DNA of 64,000 bases from an uncultured virus (IMG/VR IMGVR_UViG_3300005837_002722) (taxonomy: Duplodnaviria > Heunggongvirae > Uroviricota > Caudoviricetes), in IMG/VR virus record IMGVR_UViG_3300005837_002722. One strand, 5' to 3'. Shown here in pieces: positions 49,659-59,776 of this stretch. The position numbers and the translations under genes are program-made. Position 1 is the stretch's first letter. Each line of letters starts with the position of its first letter. The notes under the pieces are model-generated. The model was not told the DNA's origin and searched no databases. It saw only the letters and a list, made by a program, of their open reading frames with translations.

Positions 49659-50093
49659 TTATAGTTCTCCTAGTAGTGCTTTAAGTTTCTTTTTACTCTT
49701 ACCTAATGCTTTTGCTTTAGCAATAGCGTCTTTGTTTGATACATCATCACCAACAACTACTAGTGCAATCATGCCCATACCTTTGTGTGGTGTGCATTGA
49801 TAAAAGTAGATGCCTGGCACATCAAATGTAATTGAAACTTCTTTGTTGTTTTTTGATTTCTTTGGAATGTCCCAACCTTCTGGTGCCGCAACAAATTCTA
49901 CATTGTGACCTTTTGATGTTGGTACCCAAGTAATTGTATCGCCTACATTAATACGAGCGATATCCTCGGAGTAAACCATTTTGGCTCCGTCATCACGTTT
50001 GTTTAACATTTCAATTGTGATGTCGTTTGCATATGCTAGGCTTGTAAAAAACACGAAGCCGAACACTGCCATAAAAAATGCTAGTACCTTCAT
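49659..50093 (-). CDS. pseudoazurin (blue copper protein)
   Basis: signal peptide; IEMLNK...MVY, GHNVEF, CTPH.GMGM. Confidence 0.9.
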   Translation of the reverse strand: MKVLAFFMAVFGFVFFTSLAYANDITIEMLNKRDDGAKMVYSEDIARINVGDTITWVPTSKGHNVEFVAAPEGWDIPKKSKNNKEVSITFDVPGIYFYQCTPHKGMGMIALVVVGDDVSNKDAIAKAKALGKSKKKLKALLGEL

Positions 50094-50323
50094 TAATTTT
50101 GTTCCTTCTTGATTTCCATCATTAATGCTTTTGCTTCTGCATGATAACCCTGACGAGTTAATTCAGCGGCCGCTCTCGCACGACCTGCGTTCTCTGTAAT
50201 TGCAATCATAGCAGTTAACGCTACGACTGAAATTTTACCAATCCATTTCCATGAACTGACTACTGCTGATGCTACTGCATCGCAGAAATTACAAGTGTAT
50301 GTGTATAGTGTGTTTGTAGTCAT
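50093..50323 (-). CDS. hypothetical protein
   Basis: MTTNTLY...GRARAAAELTRQGYH.EAK. Confidence 0.5.
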   Translation of the reverse strand: MTTNTLYTYTCNFCDAVASAVVSSWKWIGKISVVALTAMIAITENAGRARAAAELTRQGYHAEAKALMMEIKKEQN

Positions 50324-50475
50324 CTTATAAATCCCTTGGCTGTGCCATAAGTTAGTGCTCTTTGTCTTCTTTCTAAGTCGCAAAGGTCGACGCTTTGAGC
50401 CAAATATTTTTCCTCTGCTGACATTCTTCTTTGTTCTTGTGTTTGTTTAAACCAAGAAATGATTGCTTTAACCAT

Positions 50476-50667
50476 TTAGTACTTTCTTTCTACTGGTCCT
50501 ATTTTACCAGTCTCTCTGTATCTGTCTAGCATATCTTGATATGCAAATCTCCAATCCTTTCCGTACTCTGTACGGGCAAAGATTTCAAGTTCTTGTTCTA
50601 CTCGTATTGACGGCCCAAGTATCTTGCTCAGCCAGGACAATAGAGTCGCTTTTTTGGTGCGTTCCAT
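50476..50667 (-). CDS. hypothetical protein
   Basis: AGGAG SD; FARTEYGKDWRFAY. Confidence 0.5.
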   Translation of the reverse strand: MERTKKATLLSWLSKILGPSIRVEQELEIFARTEYGKDWRFAYQDMLDRYRETGKIGPVERKY

Positions 50668-50833
50668 TGTAAGTCTCCTAAAATGTATTTTGTGATGCTT
50701 GAGGTGAGCAATACCCCGGTCTCTCCCGGCGCCGCTCTTGTAAGGCATGAGTGATGCCCGAACAAGGTGTTCGATTGGTAGGTGTCTGGCTTCGATAGTT
50801 TAAAACTATACTGCTCTGCACATTTGTATTTAT
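50668..50833 (-). ncRNA. candidate GC-rich structured leader
   Basis: five short hairpins between TAAATAC and SD. Confidence 0.4.
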
Positions 50834-50981
50834 GTAAATTAGTACAGGATCACTGCACTATTTTTTGCAAGGCTGTCTTGCTCTTTTGTAATGAGTGCAA
50901 GTAACTTGCATATTGTAAAAGATTTTTGTATTATGATTTTAAAAATAAGTTACGGTTTGTAACTATTAGGGTGTGCTGTTT

Positions 50982-52061
50982 TTACACACCTGCGGCCGAC
51001 ATAGTAATCTGTGCAAATTGCTCTCTAGGTCCTGCTTTAGTAGGTACCATTGAAATACCAAAGTCTGTGATCTGTCCTGCTTTGCGTAGATTAACAATAT
51101 CTTCGCCGGTGCGTCCTAGTCCTGTTTTTTGTCTTGTAAAACTAATCAACAGGTATGCGTCAAACTTGTCTCTGTTTTTATACCATTCAAAGTTTTGTTT
51201 AACATATTCTTCAATTACAGCATCTGCATTTTCTTGTGCAAACTTATCTGCAATTGAGTTTGCATATGAACCAAAGTTTGGCTTCATCAACTTAAGAGCA
51301 ATCTCTTTACGAGTTTCTCTATTCTTAGGATCACTTATTGGAAGTTCAGCATTTAATGATTCTACAAATGCTCTAATACCAATTGATCCACCGCCCGCAC
51401 TTGTAATACGACTAATTGTATTTGGAATGATCTGTCCGTAGTTATTAAGTGTATTCATCTGTGCAGTCTGTTGAGCACCACCATGTCCTAAACGTCCGCC
51501 AGCACCACTTTTACCTACTGCCGCTTTCACTTCTACTTTTCCAATGCCATCTATTTCTGTATCACCTTCACCTTGTGCTAGTCTAATTTTATCGGATAAC
51601 ATGGCTAATGCAAACTCGCCTGGTCCTTTTTGATTCTGTCCTACACCATATGTTTTCAATTGATTGAAAGCACTAATAGCAACAGGATCACCACCAAACA
51701 CTGCATTAAAACTGTTAATGGGTTTAGCAAGTTGTTCAATGTTAATTACACCACCTGATTCAAGTCTATCCAAAAATTTATTCATAGCACCATAGTCTGA
51801 GTCTAGGCCTGCTATAATTTTTGTTATCTCTATTCGATGTGCCTCTTTGGCTTTGTCAGACATATATTCGTCTGCCATTGGTGAAGCAAAGGCCGAATTG
51901 ATTTTGCCTGTAATTGATTCTGAGTTGAGTAATTTGTAAATTCTATCTAGTAGTGCGGCCTGCTGTTCGTCTTCTGCAGACAGTCCACTAATGGTTCTAA
52001 TAATGTTTTGCTTTTCCGACTCTAAGTCTTCGTATTCTTTTAAGATGTGTTTAATTAACAT
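50982..52061 (-). CDS. hypothetical protein with PD-(D/E)XK-like motif
   Basis: KGPGEFAL...GDTEIDGIGKVEVKA. Confidence 0.55.
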   Translation of the reverse strand: MLIKHILKEYEDLESEKQNIIRTISGLSAEDEQQAALLDRIYKLLNSESITGKINSAFASPMADEYMSDKAKEAHRIEITKIIAGLDSDYGAMNKFLDRLESGGVINIEQLAKPINSFNAVFGGDPVAISAFNQLKTYGVGQNQKGPGEFALAMLSDKIRLAQGEGDTEIDGIGKVEVKAAVGKSGAGGRLGHGGAQQTAQMNTLNNYGQIIPNTISRITSAGGGSIGIRAFVESLNAELPISDPKNRETRKEIALKLMKPNFGSYANSIADKFAQENADAVIEEYVKQNFEWYKNRDKFDAYLLISFTRQKTGLGRTGEDIVNLRKAGQITDFGISMVPTKAGPREQFAQITMSAAGV

Positions 52062-52087
52062 ATTACCGTCCTCTGCTTCTTATGTAT

Positions 52088-53146
52088 TTATAACTTTTCT
52101 TTGAAACTTTGGTGCATGTCATACTGCTTACGTTTGCTTTGCCCGCACATTTTGTTACATACATACTCTTTTAAGCCGTACATTTTGTCTTCCCACCCCA
52201 ATTCTTCAATATAATCTTCCATTTCATAGTAGTCCATGTCTTTAATACTGAGTTTTGGTAGTAGTATGCTTTTGCTGTGTCCTGCTGTATCATACCAACA
52301 ACAGGGTGCAAAATGATTGGTTGCACTAATATATAAGTTGCCTGTACTAACACATTTAGGATTTATACTCTTTATATCTGTACGAATTCCATAACCTCGT
52401 AAAGGATCTTGTTTAACAACTGACCCGGGTGTTAGTTGATGATTTGCTGTGTTGTGTTTGCCTATTTTAAATTGAGGATTTACTTTTATACGCTGATGTA
52501 ATTCTTCTTGTAGTCTTGGTCTTACTTCTTCACTTACAAGATTTAAATCTGTTGGCAAGTCTGGATCATCTATTCCCCACCATATACTTGAATATACTGT
52601 ATTGAATTCTGTTATGCCTAGATCTTTTGCTAACTGTCTTGCTTCATCAATTTGATGTTGATTATGATTAAACACAATAAACTTCCAAACACTTCTAACA
52701 TCACTAGCACCTACTTTTTCTAATGCTGTCATTATACTTGGCCAATCACAGTTTTGTCTATAGTAGTGATTTGTATCTTCTAGTCCATCAATTGAAAATT
52801 GTATGTGATCACTTCTAGTGTGTACGTTTTCTATAAACTCGTCCCACCATCTAGCACTTCTATAACTGCCGTTGGTAGTCATACTAATTGCAATGTCTGG
52901 ATTTAGTTCACGTATTTTATTTCTAAGTTTAATTAGTTCTGGATGGTATAATGGATCACCGTGATTACCACATAAGTTTACATTCATTATATCCCATTTG
53001 ATAGGTTCCCAAAAACGTACAAGTGCATCTGGATCGATATCACTCATTCCATGTTTACCATAGTCATAGGCTTTTCTTGCACATTTGATACAACCTAGTG
53101 TACATCTATTGGTTGGCTCTATGTGCCATCTACTAAAATCAAACAT
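52088..53146 (-). CDS. radical SAM protein with C-terminal Cys cluster
   Basis: CTLGCIKC, CGNHGDP, TNGS, FSIDGLEDTNH.YR, PCCW. Confidence 0.88.
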   Translation of the reverse strand: MFDFSRWHIEPTNRCTLGCIKCARKAYDYGKHGMSDIDPDALVRFWEPIKWDIMNVNLCGNHGDPLYHPELIKLRNKIRELNPDIAISMTTNGSYRSARWWDEFIENVHTRSDHIQFSIDGLEDTNHYYRQNCDWPSIMTALEKVGASDVRSVWKFIVFNHNQHQIDEARQLAKDLGITEFNTVYSSIWWGIDDPDLPTDLNLVSEEVRPRLQEELHQRIKVNPQFKIGKHNTANHQLTPGSVVKQDPLRGYGIRTDIKSINPKCVSTGNLYISATNHFAPCCWYDTAGHSKSILLPKLSIKDMDYYEMEDYIEELGWEDKMYGLKEYVCNKMCGQSKRKQYDMHQSFKEKL

Positions 53147-53412
53147 TGTATGGATTATCTTTTACGTCTGCTACACGTTCTTTTGCACGTTTTCTTTCTT
53201 CAAGATAGTGTGCGAACTGTTGGTTTATTTTTGGATCATTGCACATTGCAACAAACATAGGTATTGCTATAGAGCGACATCCCAGAAATGCTAATCGGCC
53301 GTTCTGGTATATTACCCCTCTCGATCTTTCATCGTCCAACTGTAATGTATATTGGTTATGTTGATACAAGTTCCTGTATGGCATACTTGTATTTAATCAA
53401 GAGGGGCATATT

Positions 53413-53961
53413 TTATGGATGGTCGTTCTGTCTTTTGCGAAGATATTCTACACAATTTTCAGGTGTAGTTTCAATATATGGATCTTCGTCTTCACCATTG
53501 TTATTGATTCCTGGTTCTTGCCACCACTTTTCAATAACACCGTCATTAATGATTGCCATATAACGCCAAGAACGCATACCAAATCCTAAATGGTTTTTAC
53601 CAATTAACATTCCCATGTAACGTGTAAAGTTACCAGAACCATCTGGAATAACTTTTACGTTTTTAATTTCTTGTTGTTTTGCCCAAGCATTCATTACGAA
53701 GGCATCGTTAACACTCATGCAGTAAACTTCATCAATACCCATTGACTTAATTTCTTCATAGTGTTCTTCAAAACCCGGTAACTGATATGTGGAACATGTT
53801 GGGGTAAATGCTCCAGGTAGACTAAACAGTACAATACGTTTACCATGTAGTAAACTATCGCTGGTTACGTCTTGCCAGCGGAAGGGGTTTGGACCTTCAA
53901 TACTCTCGTCTCTGACTCGAGTTCTAAATACCACACAAGGTGGTTTAAAGCCTTCAATCAT
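53413..53961 (-). CDS. peroxiredoxin (Prx5 type)
   Basis: LPGAFTPTCS..QLPG, SVNDAFVM.AW, GMRSWRY. Confidence 0.93.
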   Translation of the reverse strand: MIEGFKPPCVVFRTRVRDESIEGPNPFRWQDVTSDSLLHGKRIVLFSLPGAFTPTCSTYQLPGFEEHYEEIKSMGIDEVYCMSVNDAFVMNAWAKQQEIKNVKVIPDGSGNFTRYMGMLIGKNHLGFGMRSWRYMAIINDGVIEKWWQEPGINNNGEDEDPYIETTPENCVEYLRKRQNDHP

Positions 53962-53986
53962 GTGTGTGTCTCCTCATTGGTTGGCT

Positions 53987-54163
53987 TTACATTGAGTTCT
54001 TTTTCTCTTGGATCTCTTTACGGCGTTCTTTAACCGCTTTTCCAATTTCGCCCAATGCTTTACGAGCACGAGTTGCCGCGGCTTTTACGCCTTTGGTTTC
54101 AAATGCTTCGCTCTCTTTTAGGTATTCTTCGTATTGTGATACGATCGTTTCATGTGTACTCAT
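53987..54163 (-). CDS. histone H1-like (Hc1-type) small basic protein
   Basis: Not in the track: MSTHE...[35 protein letters not shown]. Confidence 0.7.
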   Translation of the reverse strand: MSTHETIVSQYEEYLKESEAFETKGVKAAATRARKALGEIGKAVKERRKEIQEKKNSM

Positions 54164-55281
54164 GTTTCGTTCTCCTTATAAATTTCGTTAAGTTGTTGTG
54201 TAACTCTAACGAACGTTGTACATTTGCTCAAGTGTTTGAGTCTTACTGCACCTGCGTAGGTACATGCAGAACGGATACCACCAAGCATATCTTGTACAGT
54301 GCCAGCAACTGGACCTCTGTAAGGAACAAGAACTTCTCGTCCTTCACTGCTACGGTATTCTTTTAATCCGCCAAAATGTTTTTCATTTGCCGCTTTACTG
54401 CTCATTCCGTAAAACTGCACAAATTTTCTTTCTTCAGTCCTGCGACTGACTTTAGTTTCACTAACTTCTTGTGTAACAAATTCTTTAGTAATTACTTCGC
54501 CACCACCTTCGTTATGTCCGGCTAACATACCCCCAAGCATAACAAAGTCTGCACCTCCTGCAAAGGCTTTGGCAACGTCACCTGGGCAAGTACAACCGCC
54601 ATCAGCAATAATATGTCCGCCAAGGCCATGAGCACTATCAGCACACTCAATAACGGCGGAAAGTTGGGGATATCCAACACCCGTCTTGAGCCTAGTAGTA
54701 CAAACGCTACCAGGTCCAATACCAACTTTAACAATATCAGCGCCACTTAAGATTAACTCCTCGGTCATTTCACCAGTAACAACATTACCAGCAATAATCA
54801 CTACGTTAGGGTAGTCTGTACGAATATCTCTTACAAAATGTGCAAATCGTTCTGAATAGCCATTTGCAACATCAATACAAACGTATTTAAGTGTTCCGTT
54901 AACTTTTGTGTATACTTGGTCGAATTTATTAGCATCACTGTCTGTAATACCAATGCTCATTGCTACATATTCTGTGCGTTCTTCCATACCACTTGTAAAG
55001 TAGTTGACTAGTTCATCTACTGTGTATGTTTTAACCAAGCAGGTCATCATCTTTGCTTCTGCAAGTTTGTCAGCCATTTCAAATGTGCCAACACCATCCA
55101 TATTAGCGGCAATGATAGGAACACCTCTAAAGTGTTTTGCACCACTGTCTGCAAATGGTTTATAGTTACGGAATACAAAGCCACGTTCTAGATCTACTTC
55201 TTTACGTGAACCTAGTGTACTACGTTTAGGACGAATAAGAACGTCCTTGTAGTCTAGTTTAATATCTTCTTCAATTCTCAT
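54160..55281 (-). CDS. guaC: GMP reductase
   Basis: [45 protein letters not shown]. Confidence 0.95.
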   Translation of the reverse strand: MRIEEDIKLDYKDVLIRPKRSTLGSRKEVDLERGFVFRNYKPFADSGAKHFRGVPIIAANMDGVGTFEMADKLAEAKMMTCLVKTYTVDELVNYFTSGMEERTEYVAMSIGITDSDANKFDQVYTKVNGTLKYVCIDVANGYSERFAHFVRDIRTDYPNVVIIAGNVVTGEMTEELILSGADIVKVGIGPGSVCTTRLKTGVGYPQLSAVIECADSAHGLGGHIIADGGCTCPGDVAKAFAGGADFVMLGGMLAGHNEGGGEVITKEFVTQEVSETKVSRRTEERKFVQFYGMSSKAANEKHFGGLKEYRSSEGREVLVPYRGPVAGTVQDMLGGIRSACTYAGAVRLKHLSKCTTFVRVTQQLNEIYKENET

Positions 55282-55691
55282 TGTGCAAGGATCCTTTCCT
55301 GTGCTTCGATAATTTCTTCAGTGCTAAAAATACCGTTACGGCGATTTGCTTCTGGATCAACATACTTTTGTTTCTCTGGAATAACGCCTCTAACGCCACC
55401 ACGTGGATCTTCCATGTCACCTTTGCGTCTAGGGATAAGATGAACATGTGGATACATAACAGTTTGTCCTGCTTCTGATCCAATGTTCTGTCCTATGTTG
55501 TATGCATCACAGTATTCGCTCTGCACCCAATCATATCCCCAAGCATATGCGGCTTTGTAGCAAGCCGCCAACTTGTCCCAAGTTTCTTCTTTGGGTACGA
55601 AAAGAATGTGGCCTTCTGTTACTGGAAAGCCATCCTTGTAAACCGTGTAGTCACGGGTATCGATTACTACATCTTTCCAAGGTAGTTTCAT
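55278..55691 (-). CDS. HIT family hydrolase
   Basis: [23 protein letters not shown]. Confidence 0.88.
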   Translation of the reverse strand: MKLPWKDVVIDTRDYTVYKDGFPVTEGHILFVPKEETWDKLAACYKAAYAWGYDWVQSEYCDAYNIGQNIGSEAGQTVMYPHVHLIPRRKGDMEDPRGGVRGVIPEKQKYVDPEANRRNGIFSTEEIIEAQERILAQ

Positions 55692-55922
55692 TTACTTTTC
55701 CTGTTTAAGTTCTTCTGCATTTTTATGTTGTTCTAGTTGTCTGCAAGTGTCCGCATCTGCTTTAAGACCATCTGACTTACTGTACAACCAAACATAACTA
55801 TATGCAACTTGTCCATTATTTGTTTCAGAACACTTTTTACCAAATGCCACTCTTGGCTCTTTTGGAATACTACAGCCGGCTAATACCAACAGTGCTAGTG
55901 TACCTATAATGAATGACTTCAT
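55692..55922 (-). CDS. hypothetical lipoprotein
   Basis: lipobox LAGC. Confidence 0.6.
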   Translation of the reverse strand: MKSFIIGTLALLVLAGCSIPKEPRVAFGKKCSETNNGQVAYSYVWLYSKSDGLKADADTCRQLEQHKNAEELKQEK

Positions 55923-56383
55923 ATAACCTCCGGTTCATTCTCTTTGTTTGCATGACGTAATACATCTTCGCGTTTGAAAAGGCCACTAATATAATTAAAG
56001 GCGGCATCTTCAACATACGTTATGCTATTCTTGGGATACTTGATCGTTGCGAAACGTTCACCATCCTCCTCGAATTCTATTTGATATACACCATCAATTT
56101 CGTCGATGTGTGCAACTAATTTTTCTTCTTTATTCTCGTAATAAAACGGACCTCTCATAAAAGGCATAACATTTACTTTCTCCGAGCAAGTGGTTCTCGG
56201 TGTGATTCAGGAAGGTCAGATGACTTTACAACAAATTCGAATCCTGCCATATTGCCAATGTACTTCCCACGTTCAAACAACATCTTTACTTTTACAGTAT
56301 TGATGACTGCTTCTAAAAATTGTCCATCTCTACGTTGTAACAGATAACCATCAACATATTGATCTCTATCTGTACACCAAATT

Positions 56384-56749
56384 TTAATTGAGTCCGTTGT
56401 CATTTTTAAACCTATATAACCTTTCTTGTATACCTTCAACCCATTGCGTTGTTGCAGTTGGGCCAACACCATAATGATGTTCTAATAAACTTTTAAGTCC
56501 TACACTAATCAGTGCCATATCCCTAGTGAATTGTTCTTCGTTAGGGTCGTACTGATCTGGTACAGTAATTTTCTTATCTACTCTAAGAGCATACAATAAA
56601 ATCTGTACTAGGTCCACAACGTCTTTATGGACTTCTTCTTCCCAATCAAACTCTGGGGGATTTAACGGTGATTCGTCAATGTTCTTCTTTGTAAAGAAGT
56701 TAATTACATTTTCATTGTTCAAGGATCTAACTTTCTTTTTTCTATTCAT
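56384..56749 (-). CDS. hypothetical protein
   Basis: ORF after TTGACA-17-TATAAT. Confidence 0.5.
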   Translation of the reverse strand: MNRKKKVRSLNNENVINFFTKKNIDESPLNPPEFDWEEEVHKDVVDLVQILLYALRVDKKITVPDQYDPNEEQFTRDMALISVGLKSLLEHHYGVGPTATTQWVEGIQERLYRFKNDNGLN

Positions 56750-56786
56750 GTAGTTAGATTATAAATGATTTTGTTCAGTTTGTCAA

Positions 56787-57104
56787 CTATATTTTTTGCA
56801 CTTCTACCTGTAATGGGTGTCCGCTGGCTCTTGCGAATGTAATCGCTTCAGCACATTTTTGTTCTGCTAGTTCATAGTAGTACTCGCCTACTATTGCTTT
56901 GTCTTCTTCGTGAATTTTGATTGTTAATGCTTTGCTTTGCTCGACTGTGTGGTGAAATAAACTTACTAATAGTTCTACAACAAAGTCCATAGGAGTGTAA
57001 TCATCATTGTGCATGATTACTGCATACTTTGGAATTTTAATATTTGCTGGTTGATCTTTTACTACTGTCTCTGTAGTAGTTTGCGTCTGCGTATCTGTTG
57101 TCAT
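56787..57104 (-). CDS. clpS: N-degron adaptor ClpS
   Basis: Y.V.MHNDDYTPMDFVV.LL..F, IH, Y..E.AE.K, HPL. Confidence 0.93.
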   Translation of the reverse strand: MTTDTQTQTTTETVVKDQPANIKIPKYAVIMHNDDYTPMDFVVELLVSLFHHTVEQSKALTIKIHEEDKAIVGEYYYELAEQKCAEAITFARASGHPLQVEVQKI

Positions 57105-57121
57105 TTTTCCTATTACCTTTT

Positions 57122-57148
57122 GGGGGTACTGCCGAAGCAGTACCTCCC
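57122..57148 (-). other. cUUCGg tetraloop hairpin between hsp20 and clpS
   Basis: GGTACTGC-TTCG-GCAGTACC. Confidence 0.7.
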
Positions 57149-57167
57149 GTTGACCCAGTTTTGTACT

Positions 57168-57605
57168 TTAGCCTTTGATAGCAATCTTTTTAGGTTGCTT
57201 CTCTTCTGGCACGTTGCGTACTAGCGAAACATTTAAGATACCATCTTTGAAAGATGAATCTTTTACTTCCATGTAGTCTGCAAGTTTAAAAGTACGTTTG
57301 AATTGACGTGTACCAATTCCCTTGTGTAGATAGTTAGCACTATCTTCTTTGTCGGAAATTTTACCTTCAATTGCTAATTCACCGTCATGTATTGTGATCT
57401 CCAAATCGTCTTTGCTAAATCCAGCAACTGCTAAAGAGATTGTATACTCTTCTTTGTCGCTATCTTTTACAATGTTGTATGGAGGATAACCGCCATTTGT
57501 GTTTGGTGAATTTTCAAACATTCTATCCATGTCTTCGAACAGTCTGTCGAATCCTACGAATGAACGATGAAATGGGGTTAAGTCGAGAGTTGTTAGTCTT
57601 GTCAT
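57168..57605 (-). CDS. small heat-shock protein (IbpA/Hsp20)
   Basis: VGFDRLF, GYPPYNI, LAVAGF, YLHKGIG.R.F.R.F.L, DGIL. Confidence 0.95.
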   Translation of the reverse strand: MTRLTTLDLTPFHRSFVGFDRLFEDMDRMFENSPNTNGGYPPYNIVKDSDKEEYTISLAVAGFSKDDLEITIHDGELAIEGKISDKEDSANYLHKGIGTRQFKRTFKLADYMEVKDSSFKDGILNVSLVRNVPEEKQPKKIAIKG

Positions 57606-57655
57606 TGTTTTCTCCTTTTAATAAGCAAGATTAATATTGGACCCTTTCGGCATCC
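57606..57655 (-). ncRNA. ROSE-like RNA thermometer
   Basis: GAAA-capped hairpin, then UCUUGCUU-AUUA-AAAGGAGA pairing the UUGCU motif with the SD. Confidence 0.6.
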
Positions 57656-57752
57656 TATACACACATGTTGCTTTACATGCATATATTCTCTTATTGTAGT
57701 ACATCATTAACACTTTGTCAACCATTTACTACAAAGTTATTTATCACAGATC

Positions 57753-58013
57753 TTAGTCAATTAAACCTTGATCACGTAATTTTTGTTGTTTCTTCTGCCA
57801 ACGTCTAGTTGCTTGATTCTTTTCAAATCGCTTCTTGTCGCTGGGTTTTGTGTAATATTGACGGTCCCTTACTTCCTTAATGATGCCTTCATTATTCATT
57901 AACTTTTTAAGTCTACGAATCGCTTTGTTTACATCATTGTTGCGAACTTCTACTGTGAGTCCACGTTTAGGACGGTCATCAAAGCGTGGTCTTTGTCTAT
58001 AGTTATTTTGCAC
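57753..58013 (-). CDS. rpsU: ribosomal protein bS21
   Basis: VEVRNNDVNKAIRRLKK....EGIIKE.R.RQYY.KPS. Confidence 0.88.
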   Translation of the reverse strand: MQNNYRQRPRFDDRPKRGLTVEVRNNDVNKAIRRLKKLMNNEGIIKEVRDRQYYTKPSDKKRFEKNQATRRWQKKQQKLRDQGLID

Positions 58014-58548
58014 GTTTTAATACTCCTAATAGTCTGTTTCCGGCAAACGAGGGTTTAGTTTCCCATTCACAATCTTCTACCATTTCTAGTATCTTAGTGC
58101 AAATAGCAAAACCGTTATCCTTGTGAGCCATCTCACGACCTCTAAATCGGATCATGATTCTAACCTTGTCACCGTCTTCGATGAACTCACGGATCTTCTT
58201 AAATTTGACTTCCATGTCGCTTTCACCTATCATAGGTCTAAACTGTATTTCATGGACGTCAACACGATTAGCACGAGCCTGTTTAGCACGTTCTTTTTCG
58301 CGTTTCTTTTGCTCATATTGATGTTTGCCAAACTCAATAATTTTGCAAACTGGTGGATCGGCTTTTTCTGTAACCAGAACTAAATCTAGTCCTTGCTCTT
58401 TTGCAAGGCTTACCGCACGGTCTTTATTCATTATACCTAGTTGCTCGCCATCTCGGCCAGTAACTCTTACTTCTCTGTGCTTAATAAAATGATTAATGGG
58501 CACACGAGGTTCGTGTTTTTTGTTAAACCTTTTCATTACTCTCAGCAT
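58003..58548 (-). CDS. infC: translation initiation factor IF-3
   Basis: IN..I...EVRV, GLDLVLV..KADPPVCKI..FGK..YE, KE-like IQFRP.I...D...K, GDKVR..IRFRGRE. Confidence 0.93.
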   Translation of the reverse strand: MLRVMKRFNKKHEPRVPINHFIKHREVRVTGRDGEQLGIMNKDRAVSLAKEQGLDLVLVTEKADPPVCKIIEFGKHQYEQKKREKERAKQARANRVDVHEIQFRPMIGESDMEVKFKKIREFIEDGDKVRIMIRFRGREMAHKDNGFAICTKILEMVEDCEWETKPSFAGNRLLGVLKRAK

Positions 58549-59776
58549 GTTTCTCCGTGTTGTATAGTATCATTGGTTCTGTTTTCTCCTTTACATGTTC
58601 GCCGTTTACTACTACTTTGTTTGCACCTTGTAGTGCAATATCTGGTAGTACAAATTGTGTGCTTTTTAACACTGCTTCTACAATACTTCGCAGGCCTCTA
58701 GCACCTGTATTACTTTCAGATGCTTGTTCTGCAATAACATCTATAGCATCGTCAGTAAACTCTAGTTCAACACCATCTAATTTAAATAGGCGTTGATATT
58801 GTAGTATAATACTATTTCGTGTATCTGTCAAGACTTTTCTTAAATCTTCTTTAGAAAGTGGGTGTAAACCTGTGATTACAGGAAGTCTACCTACTAGTTC
58901 TGGAATCAATCCGTATTTTACTAGATCATCTGGCTCAATATTATTCAAGATATCTTGGTCCATATGTGTCTTTTCTTTGGGTAGATCTTTACCAAAACCA
59001 ATACCAGCATTTGAATTAAGTCTACGACTAATTGTTTCTTCCATACCTACAAACGCACCGCCTACAATAAACAGTATGTCTGATGTGTCTACATCAATTA
59101 GTTGCCCTTGTGGATGCTTTCTACCACCCTCTGGAGGTACTCTTACTTTTGTACCTTCAATAATTTTTAGCAGAGCCTGTTGCACACCTTCACCTGATAC
59201 ATCTCTAGTAATTGAAGTGCTTTCTGATTTACGACTCTTTTTATCAATCTCATCAATATATATGATACCACGTTGTGCGGCATTGATATCTCCGCCGGCT
59301 GTGTGTATCAATCTTACAATAACGTTTTCTACATCATCACCTACATAACCTGCTTCAGTAAGTGTAGTAGCATCAGCAATAGCAAATGGTACATCTAAAT
59401 AGTTTGCAATTGTTTTTGCCAGTAGTGTTTTACCAGAACCACTTGGTCCAAGCATTAATACATTTGACTTTTCAATTTCAACTTCATTTGGATCTTTGTT
59501 GTTGATGCGTTTATAATGATTGTATACTGCAATACTTAAAACTTCTTTAGCATCACTTTGTCCAACCACATATTTTTCTAAGTAATCGAATAATGCTTTA
59601 GGACTAGGTACTCCTTGATCTTTGCCTTTGTTAATGTGTATTTCTTTTACAATAATATCATGACAAAGGTCAACACATTCATTACAAATGTATACCTCTG
59701 GTCCTGCTATTAGTTTAGAAATTTCTTTTTGTGTTTTACCACAAAAACTACAACTTAGGTCTTGTACACTATTCAT
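58523..59776 (-). CDS. clpX: ClpX ATPase
   Basis: CSFCGK zinc finger, GPSGSGKT, TEAGYVGDDVE, RDVSGEGVQQALLK, RKHP, IGF loop; start at 59776. Confidence 0.96.
   Translation of the reverse strand: MNSVQDLSCSFCGKTQKEISKLIAGPEVYICNECVDLCHDIIVKEIHINKGKDQGVPSPKALFDYLEKYVVGQSDAKEVLSIAVYNHYKRINNKDPNEVEIEKSNVLMLGPSGSGKTLLAKTIANYLDVPFAIADATTLTEAGYVGDDVENVIVRLIHTAGGDINAAQRGIIYIDEIDKKSRKSESTSITRDVSGEGVQQALLKIIEGTKVRVPPEGGRKHPQGQLIDVDTSDILFIVGGAFVGMEETISRRLNSNAGIGFGKDLPKEKTHMDQDILNNIEPDDLVKYGLIPELVGRLPVITGLHPLSKEDLRKVLTDTRNSIILQYQRLFKLDGVELEFTDDAIDVIAEQASESNTGARGLRSIVEAVLKSTQFVLPDIALQGANKVVVNGEHVKEKTEPMILYNTEKHAESNEKV

Noticed and set aside
50777..50793. GAAGCCAGACACCTACC resembling a cobalamin riboswitch B12 box
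   Set aside because: No upstream GGGAA / GCCCCCGC / GCCACUG core elements
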